DNA from: Trichosphaerium sp. ATCC 40318
Lineage: Eukaryota; Protista; Tubulinea
Length of the DNA: 64,000 bases
Reading direction: 5' to 3'
Assembly: GCA_038496445.1 (NCBI GenBank)
Contig: JALMLS010000450.1
Span: 186,001 to 250,000 of the forward strand
Shown: positions 53,859 to 64,000 of the stretch, piece by piece
Position numbering within the stretch: the first letter of the stretch is position 1
Layout: each line of letters opens with the position of its first letter
Translations under genes and position numbers: made by a program
The notes under the pieces: model-generated
The model's input: only the letters and a program-made list of their open reading frames with translations
The model's database searches: none
What the model was told of the DNA's origin: nothing

Positions 53859-54422
53859 ATAAAAGAAGCGTCAAATTGTAATTTTAAACAACAAACCTGT
53901 AAATATGTCAAAAATAAAAAAAAACCAAACAAAAAATCTAATATTCAATTTGGACAAGCTAAGACAACTGGTAGTTGCACGATTAGCTACTATAGAACCT
54001 CTTTTTTTTAGAGAATCTGTATGCAGGGTGTATGGAGAGGATTAAATTTGGAATGCTCTGCCAAGAGGCAACAACAGCAACAAGTGGATAGGTTATACTC
54101 AAGTTTTTAAGGCGTTTGTAATTTTGCTATTTGATAGCACGTTTTTTGATTGTATTGTTATGTTTCTCCGTGGTATAGCGCCTGACTAATCCATCAAAAC
54201 GCAAGCGACCATGTAATTCATTATGTGAAAATCAAGCACACAGTGCCCTTGAGTCATATACGGAACTTGATCTAGTATTAGGGTTTCCAAAAGCATTCTT
54301 ATCTGAGAATTCCTGTAGCATTTATAAATTAGAACTTACATCAACGTTACGTACAACTGTTCTGTTACATTATCATGTGGTTTTTTCTACAATTGATTAG
54401 CGTATTGCTGTAGTATAATACA

Positions 54423-54476
54423 ATTAATCTTAGTGATACATAAGTAACTAGTGAAGGCACCAAAGCACTTGCTGGA
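54423..54476 (+). pseudogene. Single degenerate LRR unit of the family at 62070-62867
   Basis: Reads INLSDT*VTSEGTKALAG versus IDLSDTNVTDEGLKALAG in the intact gene; in-frame stop. Confidence 0.65.
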
Positions 54477-54603
54477 TACTTTTAACTTCAATTGCACTTC
54501 AGTAATCAACAAAGGCTTACAAAATAAAAAAATTGAACATTCCTGAACTCGATGTTAGGTTTTTTCGTGTTTTTTTCTCAAGTTTTTGTTTAGCAATTGT
54601 ACA

Positions 54604-54795
54604 TATTTTAAAGCAGGTACAACTCCTTTGTAGCAACCTGGAGCGAAACTATCTGCTTTTATCGCTGGCCATCTGAATGACATCTTTTTTGAGCCTCCAC
54701 CGTATGTGTTGGCAGAGCTTTGCAAGTTGACTTTAAGTACATGTCTGATGCCATCTTTGTTACTCTTTACAAGTTCTCCCAACCTTAACATTCCT
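54604..54795 (-). pseudogene. Internal fragment of a bacterial-type hypothetical protein (family I recall annotated 'Atrophin-1 multi-domain protein')
   Basis: GMLRLGEL..IRHVLKVNL..FRWPAIKADSFA..YKGVVPALK; no flanking exons recognised on this strand. Confidence 0.55.
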
Positions 54796-55002
54796 AAGTA
54801 CACTTCTTTAACAAAGCATTGAAATGCAAAAGAACAGTATCAAGTCATTTTGTTGAATTTAAAAGCCACGGTTGAAATTCCACAATTTTCAATTTTTCAG
54901 AGAATATCTTTTCGTGCATTAGTTATGCAGAAATAAAGTGGTATGATTAAATGCTGCCTTTTTGGCGCTGTCATTGGAGTATTGCTGTTAATAACAACAA
55001 GC

Positions 55003-55072
55003 GCCTGTATAGCTCAATTGGCAGAGCAGTGGTTTTCTAAGCCATTGGTTGCAGGTTCAATCCCTATAGGCT
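55003..55072 (+). tRNA. tRNA-Arg(UCU)-like gene, probably pseudo (3 nt missing from the 3' side of the T stem)
   Basis: Acceptor GCCTGTA/TATAGGC; D stem GCTC/GAGC; anticodon stem GTGGT/GCCAT with loop TTTCTAA; T arm GCAGG-TTCAATC-CC (CCTGC expected). Confidence 0.75.
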
Positions 55073-55080
55073 AACAATAG

Positions 55081-55173
55081 TTTCTACATGAAAACGGAAA
55101 CTTGAAGCATCAATGCGATCGCAAGGTGATGAACTAGTGGGTGAATACGGAATGGCATGAGAATGGAAATTGG
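55081..55173 (+). pseudogene. Degenerate MORN-variant (MORN_2/YwqK-like) repeat fragment
   Basis: FLHENGNLKHQC.. and GEY/EWHENGN separated by frameshifts and a stop. Confidence 0.6.
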
Positions 55174-55665
55174 TTTGTTTTGAATACAATTTGTTACCAC
55201 CTCTTGTATTCTCCTTTTTGCTTGTAGTTGATGTAAGCTGAGTCTAATCTAAACTTTACTACATATGATAGAATTTTCCATGATTTTGCAAATCTTGTGG
55301 TCCTGCTGTGTTTTGAAAGAAGTTACCAATGAATGTACAGTGATGAATCCAAATCAATAATATCGAGCTGAATCAACTGGAAGGTGCAGTAGATAGCAGT
55401 GTTCTGATTCAGATGTACTTTTCTCATTTGCAGGTGCTAATACCTAGGCATAGTGACGAGGTAAGGGAGTGTGCTGAGTAGAATGTAAAGCACTTGTTAC
55501 TTGGGTGACAAAAGCAGGAGCGAGTTGCAAAGATTCACTAAGTGTTTGAAACGAAATCAATAAGTGATTTTTCAATGAAATTACAAGTTAAGCTATTCAA
55601 TACAGCTAAGTTACATCACTCGTTACTGAACTTACCATCGACACGTAATCTCAGCCTTATATACC

Positions 55666-57688
55666 ATGCTACGCACCATACCTAAACGTTTTACAACGAC
55701 AACACAACGAACGCGTAGTAACACTGTCAAATTACCTTCCAGATACTGTCAGACTGCTCATGCGTCACCAGACGTTAAATACGAGCATATAGAGACAGAT
55801 GGCGTGCCAATAAAAATGTGGACTAAAGGCAAACTAATCTGAACTCACCATTTTGAGTTTTTTCGAAAAGTTTTTCTGTTCGTCGTGGCTGTTGACATTC
55901 TTTTTTTTTTAGGCGTTGAAGTTGACCCAAAGGCGCTCCAACAAGTGAAGAATATAGCGTCACTTCCTTTTATACATAATCATGTCGCACTTATGCCTGA
56001 CGTAAGTCTAACTTAAACCCTTCATACTTAACTATTTTTGGTTTCACAAAGTCGTTTTTTTCTCAATTTCAGTATTTTCAAAGGAGTTTTAAAAGCGCCT
56101 TTACTCTAGTATTTATTGATTTCTAACGTTTCAAAGGTTCATTTTGGTATTGGGGCAACGATTGGTAGTGTCATTCCGTCAAAATCAGCGATCATTCCAG
56201 GTACAATCAATCAAAACAAAAAACCTACTTATCGCTCACTAACACTTCCAAAATAGCCGCTGTAGGTGTTGACATTGGTTGTGGTATGTGCGCCGTACAG
56301 ACATCTATGACAGCTTCTGATCTTCCGGATTCTTTACGAGAAATGCGACTAGCATTAGAAGCAGCTATACCTCATGGTATCTTCAAATTTCCGAACCACT
56401 ATCTCCTCAGATTCTGACAAAGTTTACAGGTAGGACTGCTAACGGTAAAACAGGAGTAGACGAGGGAGGCTGGAGGAATGGTAAGACAGCTTTTAACACA
56501 AAAACCATGGGGTAATTATCGTAGATATACCAGAATATACACAAAGAACTTGGGGCTCAAAGCTCGCTGATGGGTATAATAAACTAAAAGCTAGACATCC
56601 AAAAATAGCATCCGGAAACTTTGTAACACAATTAGGAACTCTAGGCACAGGTAAGCGTTTGTAATCTTAACAAAACCAAACTTACCATTGAATCTGTCTA
56701 ACTTGTTAAGTAAAGGAAATCATTTCGTTGAAATTTGTCTTGATGAAGCTGATAGAGTATGGCTAATGCTTCACAGTGGCAGTAGAGGTGTTGGAAATGG
56801 TATAGGTAGATACTTTATTGAACTGGCAAAAAATGTATGTGCCATACGATAAGAAGACGAAAACCGAAATTTAGAACTAACTTTTTTGAAAAGGATATGA
56901 GGACACATATTCGTAACTTACCAAATAAAGACTTGGCATATTTTAACGAAGGTACACCCTATTTATTGATATGACTTGAATGTGTTCTTATGGTAATTGA
57001 AGGCACTAAACATTTTGATGATTATGTGGAGGCGGTAGAATGGGCACAAATGTATGCTTCAACAAATAGAGAAATAATGATGAATAATATGATTGATGCT
57101 CTACAAAACTTAAATAATCTCCCACCATTTACAACTGTTAAGAAGGCAGTTAACTGTCATCATAATTATGTAAACAGAGAAAACCATTTTGGAGAAGACG
57201 TATGGCTTACAAGGAAAGGTTCGTTGAAAGGAGATTTTTTTGTTGTTAAACAAACTGCCATTGTTGCTTCGATATTTATACCGATTAGGAGCTGTATCTG
57301 CTCAAAAAGGACAACTTGGAATTATACCTGGTAGCATGGGAGCAAAGTCTTTTATAGTCGAAGGCCTAGGAAACGCAGATAGTTTTCATGTACGTCCGAT
57401 TGATTTTGTTGGATTTTTTTTTGTTGTTGTTTTCACTGCTGTTGTGCTTATGACTCTTAGACTTGCTCTCATGGCGCTGGAAGGGTACTCTCCCGAACAG
57501 CTGCAAAGAAGAAATTCAGCATTGAAGATCACGTGAAAGCAACAGAAGGTGTAGAGTGTAGAAAAGATGCGAGTGTTATAGATGAAACACCTGCAGCTTA
57601 TAAAGATATCGATGCAGTTATTGATGCTCAGTCTGATTTGATTAAGGTTCTGCACACCCTTAAACAAATAGTATGTGTAAAAGGATAA
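55666..57688 (+). CDS. rtcB: Bacterial (E. coli-type) RtcB RNA ligase with spliceosomal introns and putative mitochondrial presequence
   Basis: PIKMWTKGV, MPDVHFGIGATIGSV, AAVGVDIGCGM, QLGTLGTGNHFVE, HSGSRG, CHHNY, TRKGA, IPGSMG, SHGAGR, DETPAAYK, LKQIVCVKG*; about 11 introns; N-terminal extension MLRTIPKRFTTTTQRTRSNTVKLPSRYC. Confidence 0.93.
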
Positions 57689-57761
57689 GCAATAGTTGAA
57701 AACTATAATAAAAGTTGTTTGGTACTTTTTCCATCAATCAGAAAAAGTCATCTTCAAACCG

Positions 57762-57845
57762 TATTGGCATGAAAACGGTCAATTGGAGGAGCAGTTCACC
57801 TACATCAATGGTAAGCTAAAAGGAGAACATAAGCATTGCTATCAA
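57762..57845 (+). pseudogene. Degenerate MORN-variant repeat fragment
   Basis: YWHENGQLEEQFTYINGKLKGEHKHCYQ*; further decayed pieces up to ~58020. Confidence 0.7.
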
Positions 57846-58032
57846 TGATAAACGGCAATGGCATGTACTTTTAGAATTACGTGTGAAAACAGCTAGTAGT
57901 GGGAGCAATGTACCTACCTCAATAATGAACAAAAGACCATGAGTATTTGTAGATAGCATCTTTGGACATTCTCCAAAATGAATCTAGAAGGAAAATAGAA
58001 CACTTATAAATGGAGTTCAACACAACTAAAAG

Positions 58033-58620
58033 ATGGGAGCGCTTTTAGCTCTCAATAGAACCTTCGACCTTGAAAAAATAGGATTAGAAACAGACCCTGC
58101 CAAAATGCTTGCTTGGACGTTTCAGAACTATGGTGCATAACTTGTGGACAGTACAGGTACTGTTTTTGTGATGTTTACAAAATGCCTATTATTTTTTTCT
58201 GAGGTTGGTCTGTGTATGCTATCGAGACTGAGTACTCTCCAAATGGTGATTTGATGGTTGAATTGAAAAGGAATGGGGTTTTCCTTTCTGGGAAAAAAGG
58301 TCGCGATAACCCATGATCACGTGGTACTGAATATTATAAAGATATTGTTGAATACAAATTCATCAGCCACATTCTTGCTTACTGCCATCAAATAGATATG
58401 GATAGAATATTCATGAATCTTTGTGTTGTTAATAGCTGGAATTATGATATTTATCAGACAGTAAAAGTCGAAGGGCAAGCTTGGTGCTGGTACGAACAAT
58501 CAGGTTTTTGACATCCAATTGTTTTTTAAATTCACCAATAAACTTTAATTTATCATACTTACTTACTGCTGCCAATAAGGTGGTGGAAAAGCCCTGCAAC
58601 CGTGGCTCCCTGGGTTTTAA
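58033..58620 (+). pseudogene. C-terminal part of the same bacterial-type protein family as 54604-54795, disrupted
   Basis: MGALLAL / DLEKIGLETDPAKMLAWTFQNYGA*LVDST | WSVYAIETEYSPNG / EWGFPF / GGGKALQPWLPGF*; in-frame stop, frameshifts and an intron-like gap. Confidence 0.65.
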
Positions 58621-58952
58621 TAAATCTTTGTATACAACGGTGTATTAAATAAAGTAACCCACAGGCTTTTTTACCCAATTTCTGATTTATTAGAAACCTC
58701 TCGTTCTCCTACTCTACACACTCTTCTTAGGAAATAATGAGGGTAAGGCTACAACGGTTAGTGGCTCTAGTACAGCCCTTGATATTGTTGTTTACTAGCC
58801 AACAAGAACATGCAAGTTTAAGTGCACTACATAATTAAAAACGCTAAATCCTCGGAATGTTGAACAGAAAAAGATTTGCACCAATACGTAGGACTTCAGT
58901 AGAACATATTTCCATAATAACTCCCAAATTCTGCCACTTTTATTTAGTTTAT

Positions 58953-60453
58953 CTACATGTCTAGTTCTAGAAAACAACATTCTCCTTTCTCTTTAAAACC
59001 AAATAGCTTTCTTCCACGAATCCAGAATAAGTAATTCTCAAAAACCAGGAAATGACGTTTGTTGGTTGGTTTGAGTGTTGCATGCTCACCAACTTTATGC
59101 TCTTGTAGTACCTTATAATTGCGCTCCACAAAATGTCCTTTTAACTGTATTTCTGTTGTACCTACTGAATAGCTTGCAGTAATATTTGACAAGTGCGTAT
59201 CAATGTAATCACAATGATCGACACTACCAGATTTATCAAGAATGAGTGAAGTTACTTCAAGCTTAGAATCCACATAGCTATTAGTAGGCTCTGTTCTCTC
59301 TTCAACCACTGCAGTGACGGCAGTTCCTTTGAAAACAAGTGATTGATTAAACTCTACACCTATAAAGAAATATCTCAATTATCATTTTAAAAACCACACG
59401 GAGTTAAGTTTTCGAGCCTTGTTTTAACTGTAGGCTTTGATTACTTTCTCAAAGATGTTATACTATTGGTGCGTACCATTTATATATTGTAAGAAAAGCT
59501 CTGGTGAATGTGTAACATCAGTGTGTACTAAGTATAAATATTTTGGTGTATTTAGTGATCCCCAATAAGTTCCCATAATTATAGACCCTTCTCCAAATGA
59601 TTTCAAGACATAATAGGTGGGTATATTTATACCTGTACCCTCGCATACGCGATGTTCAACAATACTAAACAATAAAATAAATCTCCAATACAAAACACAA
59701 GTGCTCAGTCTAAGGAAAAAAAAAACAAGAAAAAAAAAGGAAAAAAAAAAGAAAAGAAATGTTCATACTATTTCTCCTGTTCTGCGTTTTCAAGCCTCCT
59801 TTGTTCGACACAAGACTTTGCCTTACATGGAGAAATTCTGTTAGATCTTGTGAAGTAAGCCCAAAAAAAGTTGCCGCTCCATTGTTCTGAGTCATCACAA
59901 CAAATCAAAGCACCCATGTGATAATGCAAATAAGGAGCATTGTAAGTGCAATAACCCTCATACATCCCATTACATTTACGCAGTCTCTTGTAATACGACT
60001 TCCATGACTCTACAGTACTCTGTAGAGAGCTTGTATCTATTTCAAAAGAGTTCTGTATGAGTTGACGCCAAATAAGGTTGCTTGAAGCAAAAACGTTGCT
60101 TCAGAGATAAAATTAGTAAAAAAAACACAACTACACAAAGGTTTTATATGAGGTTTTTACGTACTACACTTTGCATGTGGTTGAAAACATAAGAAGAGAG
60201 TGAGCGTTTAGGAATGTCAGTACTTTTTCAGTTAATTCTGGCGGTAAATACGCTGTTAGAGTGTCCTACAGTAATTTAGTATTAAAAACGGCGTCAAAAC
60301 GCGTTTTGTACAAAGAAAGGAACAAAAATGCGCGTTACGCTATAAACGCGTTTACTGAAGCTTTTTTACCTCCATTAATGGCGTAGATGCATCTTTTCGT
60401 GATTTCGGACGTACAAATCGCTGAACAACACCAAAGAGGGATCTTTTCGCCAT
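58953..60453 (-). CDS. F-box protein, multi-exon
   Basis: AYLPPELTEKVLTFLNAHSLLMFSTTCK..SNLIWRQL..SWKSYYK; unrecognised beta-rich C-terminal region. Confidence 0.7.
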
Positions 60454-60650
60454 TTTTGATAAACCTAGAGTCGTGGGAGGGGTTTCAGCAAGCTTCTAAA
60501 AGTCAGTAACAATAAACGGCTCGAGTGAACCAGCTTGTGAATCAACTGTTTGGTTATGGCTTATCCAATTCAACACAAGCACAGTAAAAACGTTTATTTG
60601 TAACTTAAAAATTGTACAGTTGCCACAAAATATAATCTCTTCACAGCCTT

Positions 60651-61100
60651 TAGAATTTTATTATCCCTTCACCCTCGCACTGACTATGATTTGCAACTGA
60701 AAATGTAGAGTCGTTTGTACAACCAAGGGCTGCAAAGCAAGGGCTACTACTGTTAGAACAGAGTTATAAGCACACTTGTGATGAAATTGCTTTCACTACA
60801 CACGTGCGTGGATCTGCTTGCAACAGTTCAGTGCTTGTAGTCACAAACAATGTATTTGTTGATGGTAAATATGACATTGAATTGGGTGTATCAGTAAAAC
60901 TTTGACATGCTAAAAAATCGTAGATTAGAAAAGGTACTAGGGGTAATGCCTGTACTTTGTAGAACAGATGTTGGATCTCCTGATCGAAGTTCGAAACCTC
61001 TACCATTTTCATTGTTAATAGCATACGCATTACTCCCTTGAGCGATTGCAAAAGCAAGCTGTGAGCAGATAGCGAATAATATGATAGCTGTGGTGTTCAT
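60651..61100 (-). CDS. Small putative secreted protein (3' exon structure uncertain; may be a relic)
   Basis: Signal peptide MNTTAIILFAICSQLAFAIAQG; a GT-AG intron joins the two overlapping ORFs (60891-61202 and 60764-61057) in frame. Confidence 0.4.
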
Positions 61101-62069
61101 TGGATGTTGTTTGTACAAAAGAGTTAAACAGCTTACAAAAAAAAACCAAATTACAAAAAAAGTTCGTTTGAAAAACATCATGCTAAGATTTTCCTTATAC
61201 AATTCACGTAACTAACTATCCAATGCCTAAAATCTCCTCATTCCAAAGATTAAATACCAGTATTCTAAGCATGTTTTTTTTTCGCACAGTATTAGTAAAG
61301 TACACGAGTTTCTCAAGATTTTAAACGTCAAATTCACGCACTTGCTTAAACTGTCAATATACATGATGACAGCACAATGTACTCTTCTCTCCAAGTTCAT
61401 GACGATGCTAACGATTACAAGTAACAACTTTTTTTTGCTTACTACATTGATTGAATCGTCATTTTAATCAGTAACCATAAAAAAATGTACAAAAAAAGTT
61501 CTGAACTTTTTTTCAAAGTAACTTGGACAATAGCGCTACCCAAACGGCTGAATGGCTAGCAACACTTGAGAGTTCACAATACTTGCCTTTGGTGTATATC
61601 GCACTAGCTTGACCTATTGTAACATCATTGGACGGACCTCTTCTATGCAGATGGTTTCACTACAACAGTACAAGAGGTGCTTCAAATAAATTTGTCACAT
61701 GCTTTAAACCTTCGGTAAATGGTCATGTTAACTTCCTTTTTTTGTTTCAACCTTGGCACGCAAGTCACTTTTATGTGTGTTCGTTTATGTCAATTAACAA
61801 AATAGAGACTTTTACAAAGTGTGCAGTGTAAATGCCCATACAGGAGGTGGACGATTTTGGGTCTTTTCCTAATTTCCACCCTTACCCTTCTGTGTACTTT
61901 GTAAAAAGTCATGTTATCAGATTTGCAAATTATTCCTACAGCACCAAATGTGTTTCATGGAGATAATAGTAAGTTTTTCTTACTGATTAATAGAACTTTA
62001 CTAGAGCAACCTTACACAGATTAGACATATTGCACATGAAGCGAAATAATTTTGCTGAATGTTTCCAAG

Positions 62070-62867
62070 CTAATTAATTTTGCGCCTACCAGTGCACTTT
62101 TTCCTATAGCCATTATGATAGTAGATAGCGTGTACACCTGCCAATGCCTTCAAACCTTCATATGTTACATTTGTAAGTGATAAAGTAATCGTATGTACAC
62201 CTGCCAATGCCTTCAAACCTTCATCTGTTACATTTGTAAGTGATATACAAATATCATGTACACCTGCCAATGCTGCAATGCCATTGTCTGTTATTGACTC
62301 ACAACTATACAAGGAGATTGAGTGTACACCTGCCAATGCCTTCAAACCTTCATCTGTTACATTTGTATCTGATAAATCAATCTCATATACACCTGCCAAT
62401 GCTGCAATGCCATTGTCTGTTATTGATTTACAATTACATAGGTTGATAGTGTGTACACCTGTCAATACCTTCAAACCTTTATCTGTTACATTTGTAAGTG
62501 ATAAATTAATCTTATGTACACCTGCCAATGCCTTCAAACCTTCATCTGTTACTTTTGTAAGTGATAAATTGATATCATGTACACCTGCTAATGCCGCAAT
62601 ATTGTCGTTTGTTAGCGCACATCGAGTGAGATCAATAGTTGTATTGTGGAGTAATGGACTACCAGAAAGCATTTGAACTTCGTTTGTGTTTTTAATACTG
62701 ATACTACCATACCCAACATGGTTATGAACAATATCTTGTAAAAGATGGCACGTTTGGGCTGTACGAAGTGTATATGTCCCTTGTTTGAGAATATGGACTA
62801 TTAACTCAATTGGTAGCGCAACAAGGTCGAATACTTGGTTGAACTGTGTTTGTTTTTTCTTTTCCAT
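62070..62867 (-). CDS. Intronless F-box + leucine-rich-repeat protein
   Basis: DLVALPIELIVHIL..AQTCHLL, then about 8 repeats of 22-23 aa (INLSLTNVTDEGLKALAGVH / ITDNGIAALAGVH); first ATG at 62867. Confidence 0.85.
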   Translation of the reverse strand: MEKKKQTQFNQVFDLVALPIELIVHILKQGTYTLRTAQTCHLLQDIVHNHVGYGSISIKNTNEVQMLSGSPLLHNTTIDLTRCALTNDNIAALAGVHDINLSLTKVTDEGLKALAGVHKINLSLTNVTDKGLKVLTGVHTINLCNCKSITDNGIAALAGVYEIDLSDTNVTDEGLKALAGVHSISLYSCESITDNGIAALAGVHDICISLTNVTDEGLKALAGVHTITLSLTNVTYEGLKALAGVHAIYYHNGYRKKCTGRRKIN

Positions 62868-63610
62868 TGTATGCTCGCCGTTAGTTTTCGTTGAGCAAAT
62901 GTTATAAAGTAAAAGGAGAACTAGAGGGATAAATGCGTTTAGCTGGGTGATATTAAACACTTAATCACAGTTCTTACCGACATTAAGCCACGTTGTACAC
63001 GCTTATGTAAACACGGGCAGAGTATGTTGTACCGGTTAATGATTTTGACTTTAAGATACTGTGATATAACAGTTGAGTGGTTTAAGTTTTTATTAAACAC
63101 ACGTGTATCAAGACACTTGCTTTACATTACTCAAAAAGAAAACAAACAAAAGAACAACATACTACAACTTCATATACTTCAAACTCTAACTCCTTCTGCT
63201 ATATCGTACCGTCTGGCTTGAGACCTTTCACAAAGAGTTAAATCACCAGGACGTAGTAGTATATCTATGTTATAAGCGCACTTTGTACTGTCCAGGGTTC
63301 ATTGTGAACCAATCACAAAGATTGAATCATCACTTGCTCCTGGTAAAAAACAGTTCGTGGAAATCACGTGACAAAAAACAGAGCTGCTTTAAGCACTGCG
63401 TCTTGCCTTCTCTGCTTCAAAAGTATCACATTACGGTATAAAACAGCATCTTGTTTGAGTTATATTGTGGGACAGCCTGTTATACGTTCTAAGCCTACAA
63501 ACAACCTAATAAAAGTACTCAAAAAAGGTAACTAGTACGAAATGGTGAACAATCTAATCGGTTGATTTTATTTTAGACAAGTGCTACAGAGGAAAAATTC
63601 AAGAATGGCA

Positions 63611-64000
63611 CTACTGTGATTTGGTATCGATATCCATACAATCACAAGTAGGGCCCCAAAGTCCACAAGACTCACAAGGACCATCATTACCAGAAAAAAG
63701 ATAAACAAACTCTTCGACCAGCTTGTCATACTGTCCTTTTCTTGCACATGAAATACAGTGTGCCCAGCAGAGTGGTGTTGCTTTGGCTCTCGCAGCAACT
63801 AGTTGTTGTCGCAACTCGTTCTCCCTGGCTTCGGTTGTTGACAGATTTGTAGCTTCTTCCAACCAACTAATGTAAGCTCTGTCTATAGCAAGTTTTTCTT
63901 CAGGATAGGTGATGTTTAGGTACGCCATAACATAGACCAAATTGAGCAGGTCATCCGAAGGACCATACGTGTGTACCATATCTGGTTTTAAGGCTTGAAG
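63611..64000 (-). CDS. 3' end of a second Crinkler-like kinase gene (paralog of 7644-10109), truncated by the window edge
   Basis: YGPSDDLLNLVYVMAYLNITYPEE..RAKATP..YDKL.EEFVYLFSG..CDCMDID shared with the 9606-10109 exon. Confidence 0.85.
   Translation of the reverse strand, partial: LQALKPDMVHTYGPSDDLLNLVYVMAYLNITYPEEKLAIDRAYISWLEEATNLSTTEARENELRQQLVAARAKATPLCWAHCISCARKGQYDKLVEEFVYLFSGNDGPCESCGLWGPTCDCMDIDTKSQ

Noticed and set aside
55666-57688. Bacterial contamination or chimeric assembly as the source of rtcB
   Set aside because: The gene has many spliceosomal introns of the same style as its neighbours.
62240-62676. Plus-strand repetitive ORFs and a regularly spaced DNA repeat (CRISPR-like at first glance)
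   Set aside because: Antisense of the LRR coding repeats; no unique spacers and no cas genes.
1-64000. Alternative genetic code or mass pseudogenisation suggested by fragmented ORFs
   Set aside because: Breaks coincide with GT/GC-AG introns, and spliced genes end in TAA, TAG or TGA.
1-64000. Autonomous transposon or integrated virus
   Set aside because: No transposase, reverse transcriptase, integrase, capsid or viral polymerase motifs recognised.

Overview
AT-rich, gene-dense eukaryotic DNA with many short (~40-130 nt) spliceosomal introns and the standard genetic code. The gene content (Fsl-type Frizzled/Smoothened-like GPCRs, filamin-type actin-binding domain, TerD, multi-domain GEF) fits an amoeboid protist, probably an amoebozoan (inference). 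The ORF track shows exon fragments only, so I spliced gene models by eye and internal boundaries are approximate. In order: Fsl GPCR; iduronate-2-sulfatase-like; Crinkler-like REase+kinase; intronless secreted VOC-like protein; Zn-finger-Rab-VIT-VWA fusion; type I membrane protein; TerD-TerD-FYVE; a ~15.4 kb filamin-like gene (~38 Ig repeats) ending in a 4-TM domain; a secreted, intron-containing protein of two phage tail-tube (gp19/Afp1-like) domains; PLGRKT-like; second Fsl GPCR; RasGEF-RhoGEF-Kelch-pseudokinase; a decayed region (LRR and MORN-variant relics, a split bacterial-type gene, a defective tRNA-Arg) around an intact bacterial-type RtcB with a likely mitochondrial presequence; F-box genes; and the 3' end of a second Crinkler-like kinase. 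Best novelty candidates: the tandem tail-tube protein, the membrane-anchored giant filamin and the RtcB locus. All family calls come from motif recognition, not database searches.
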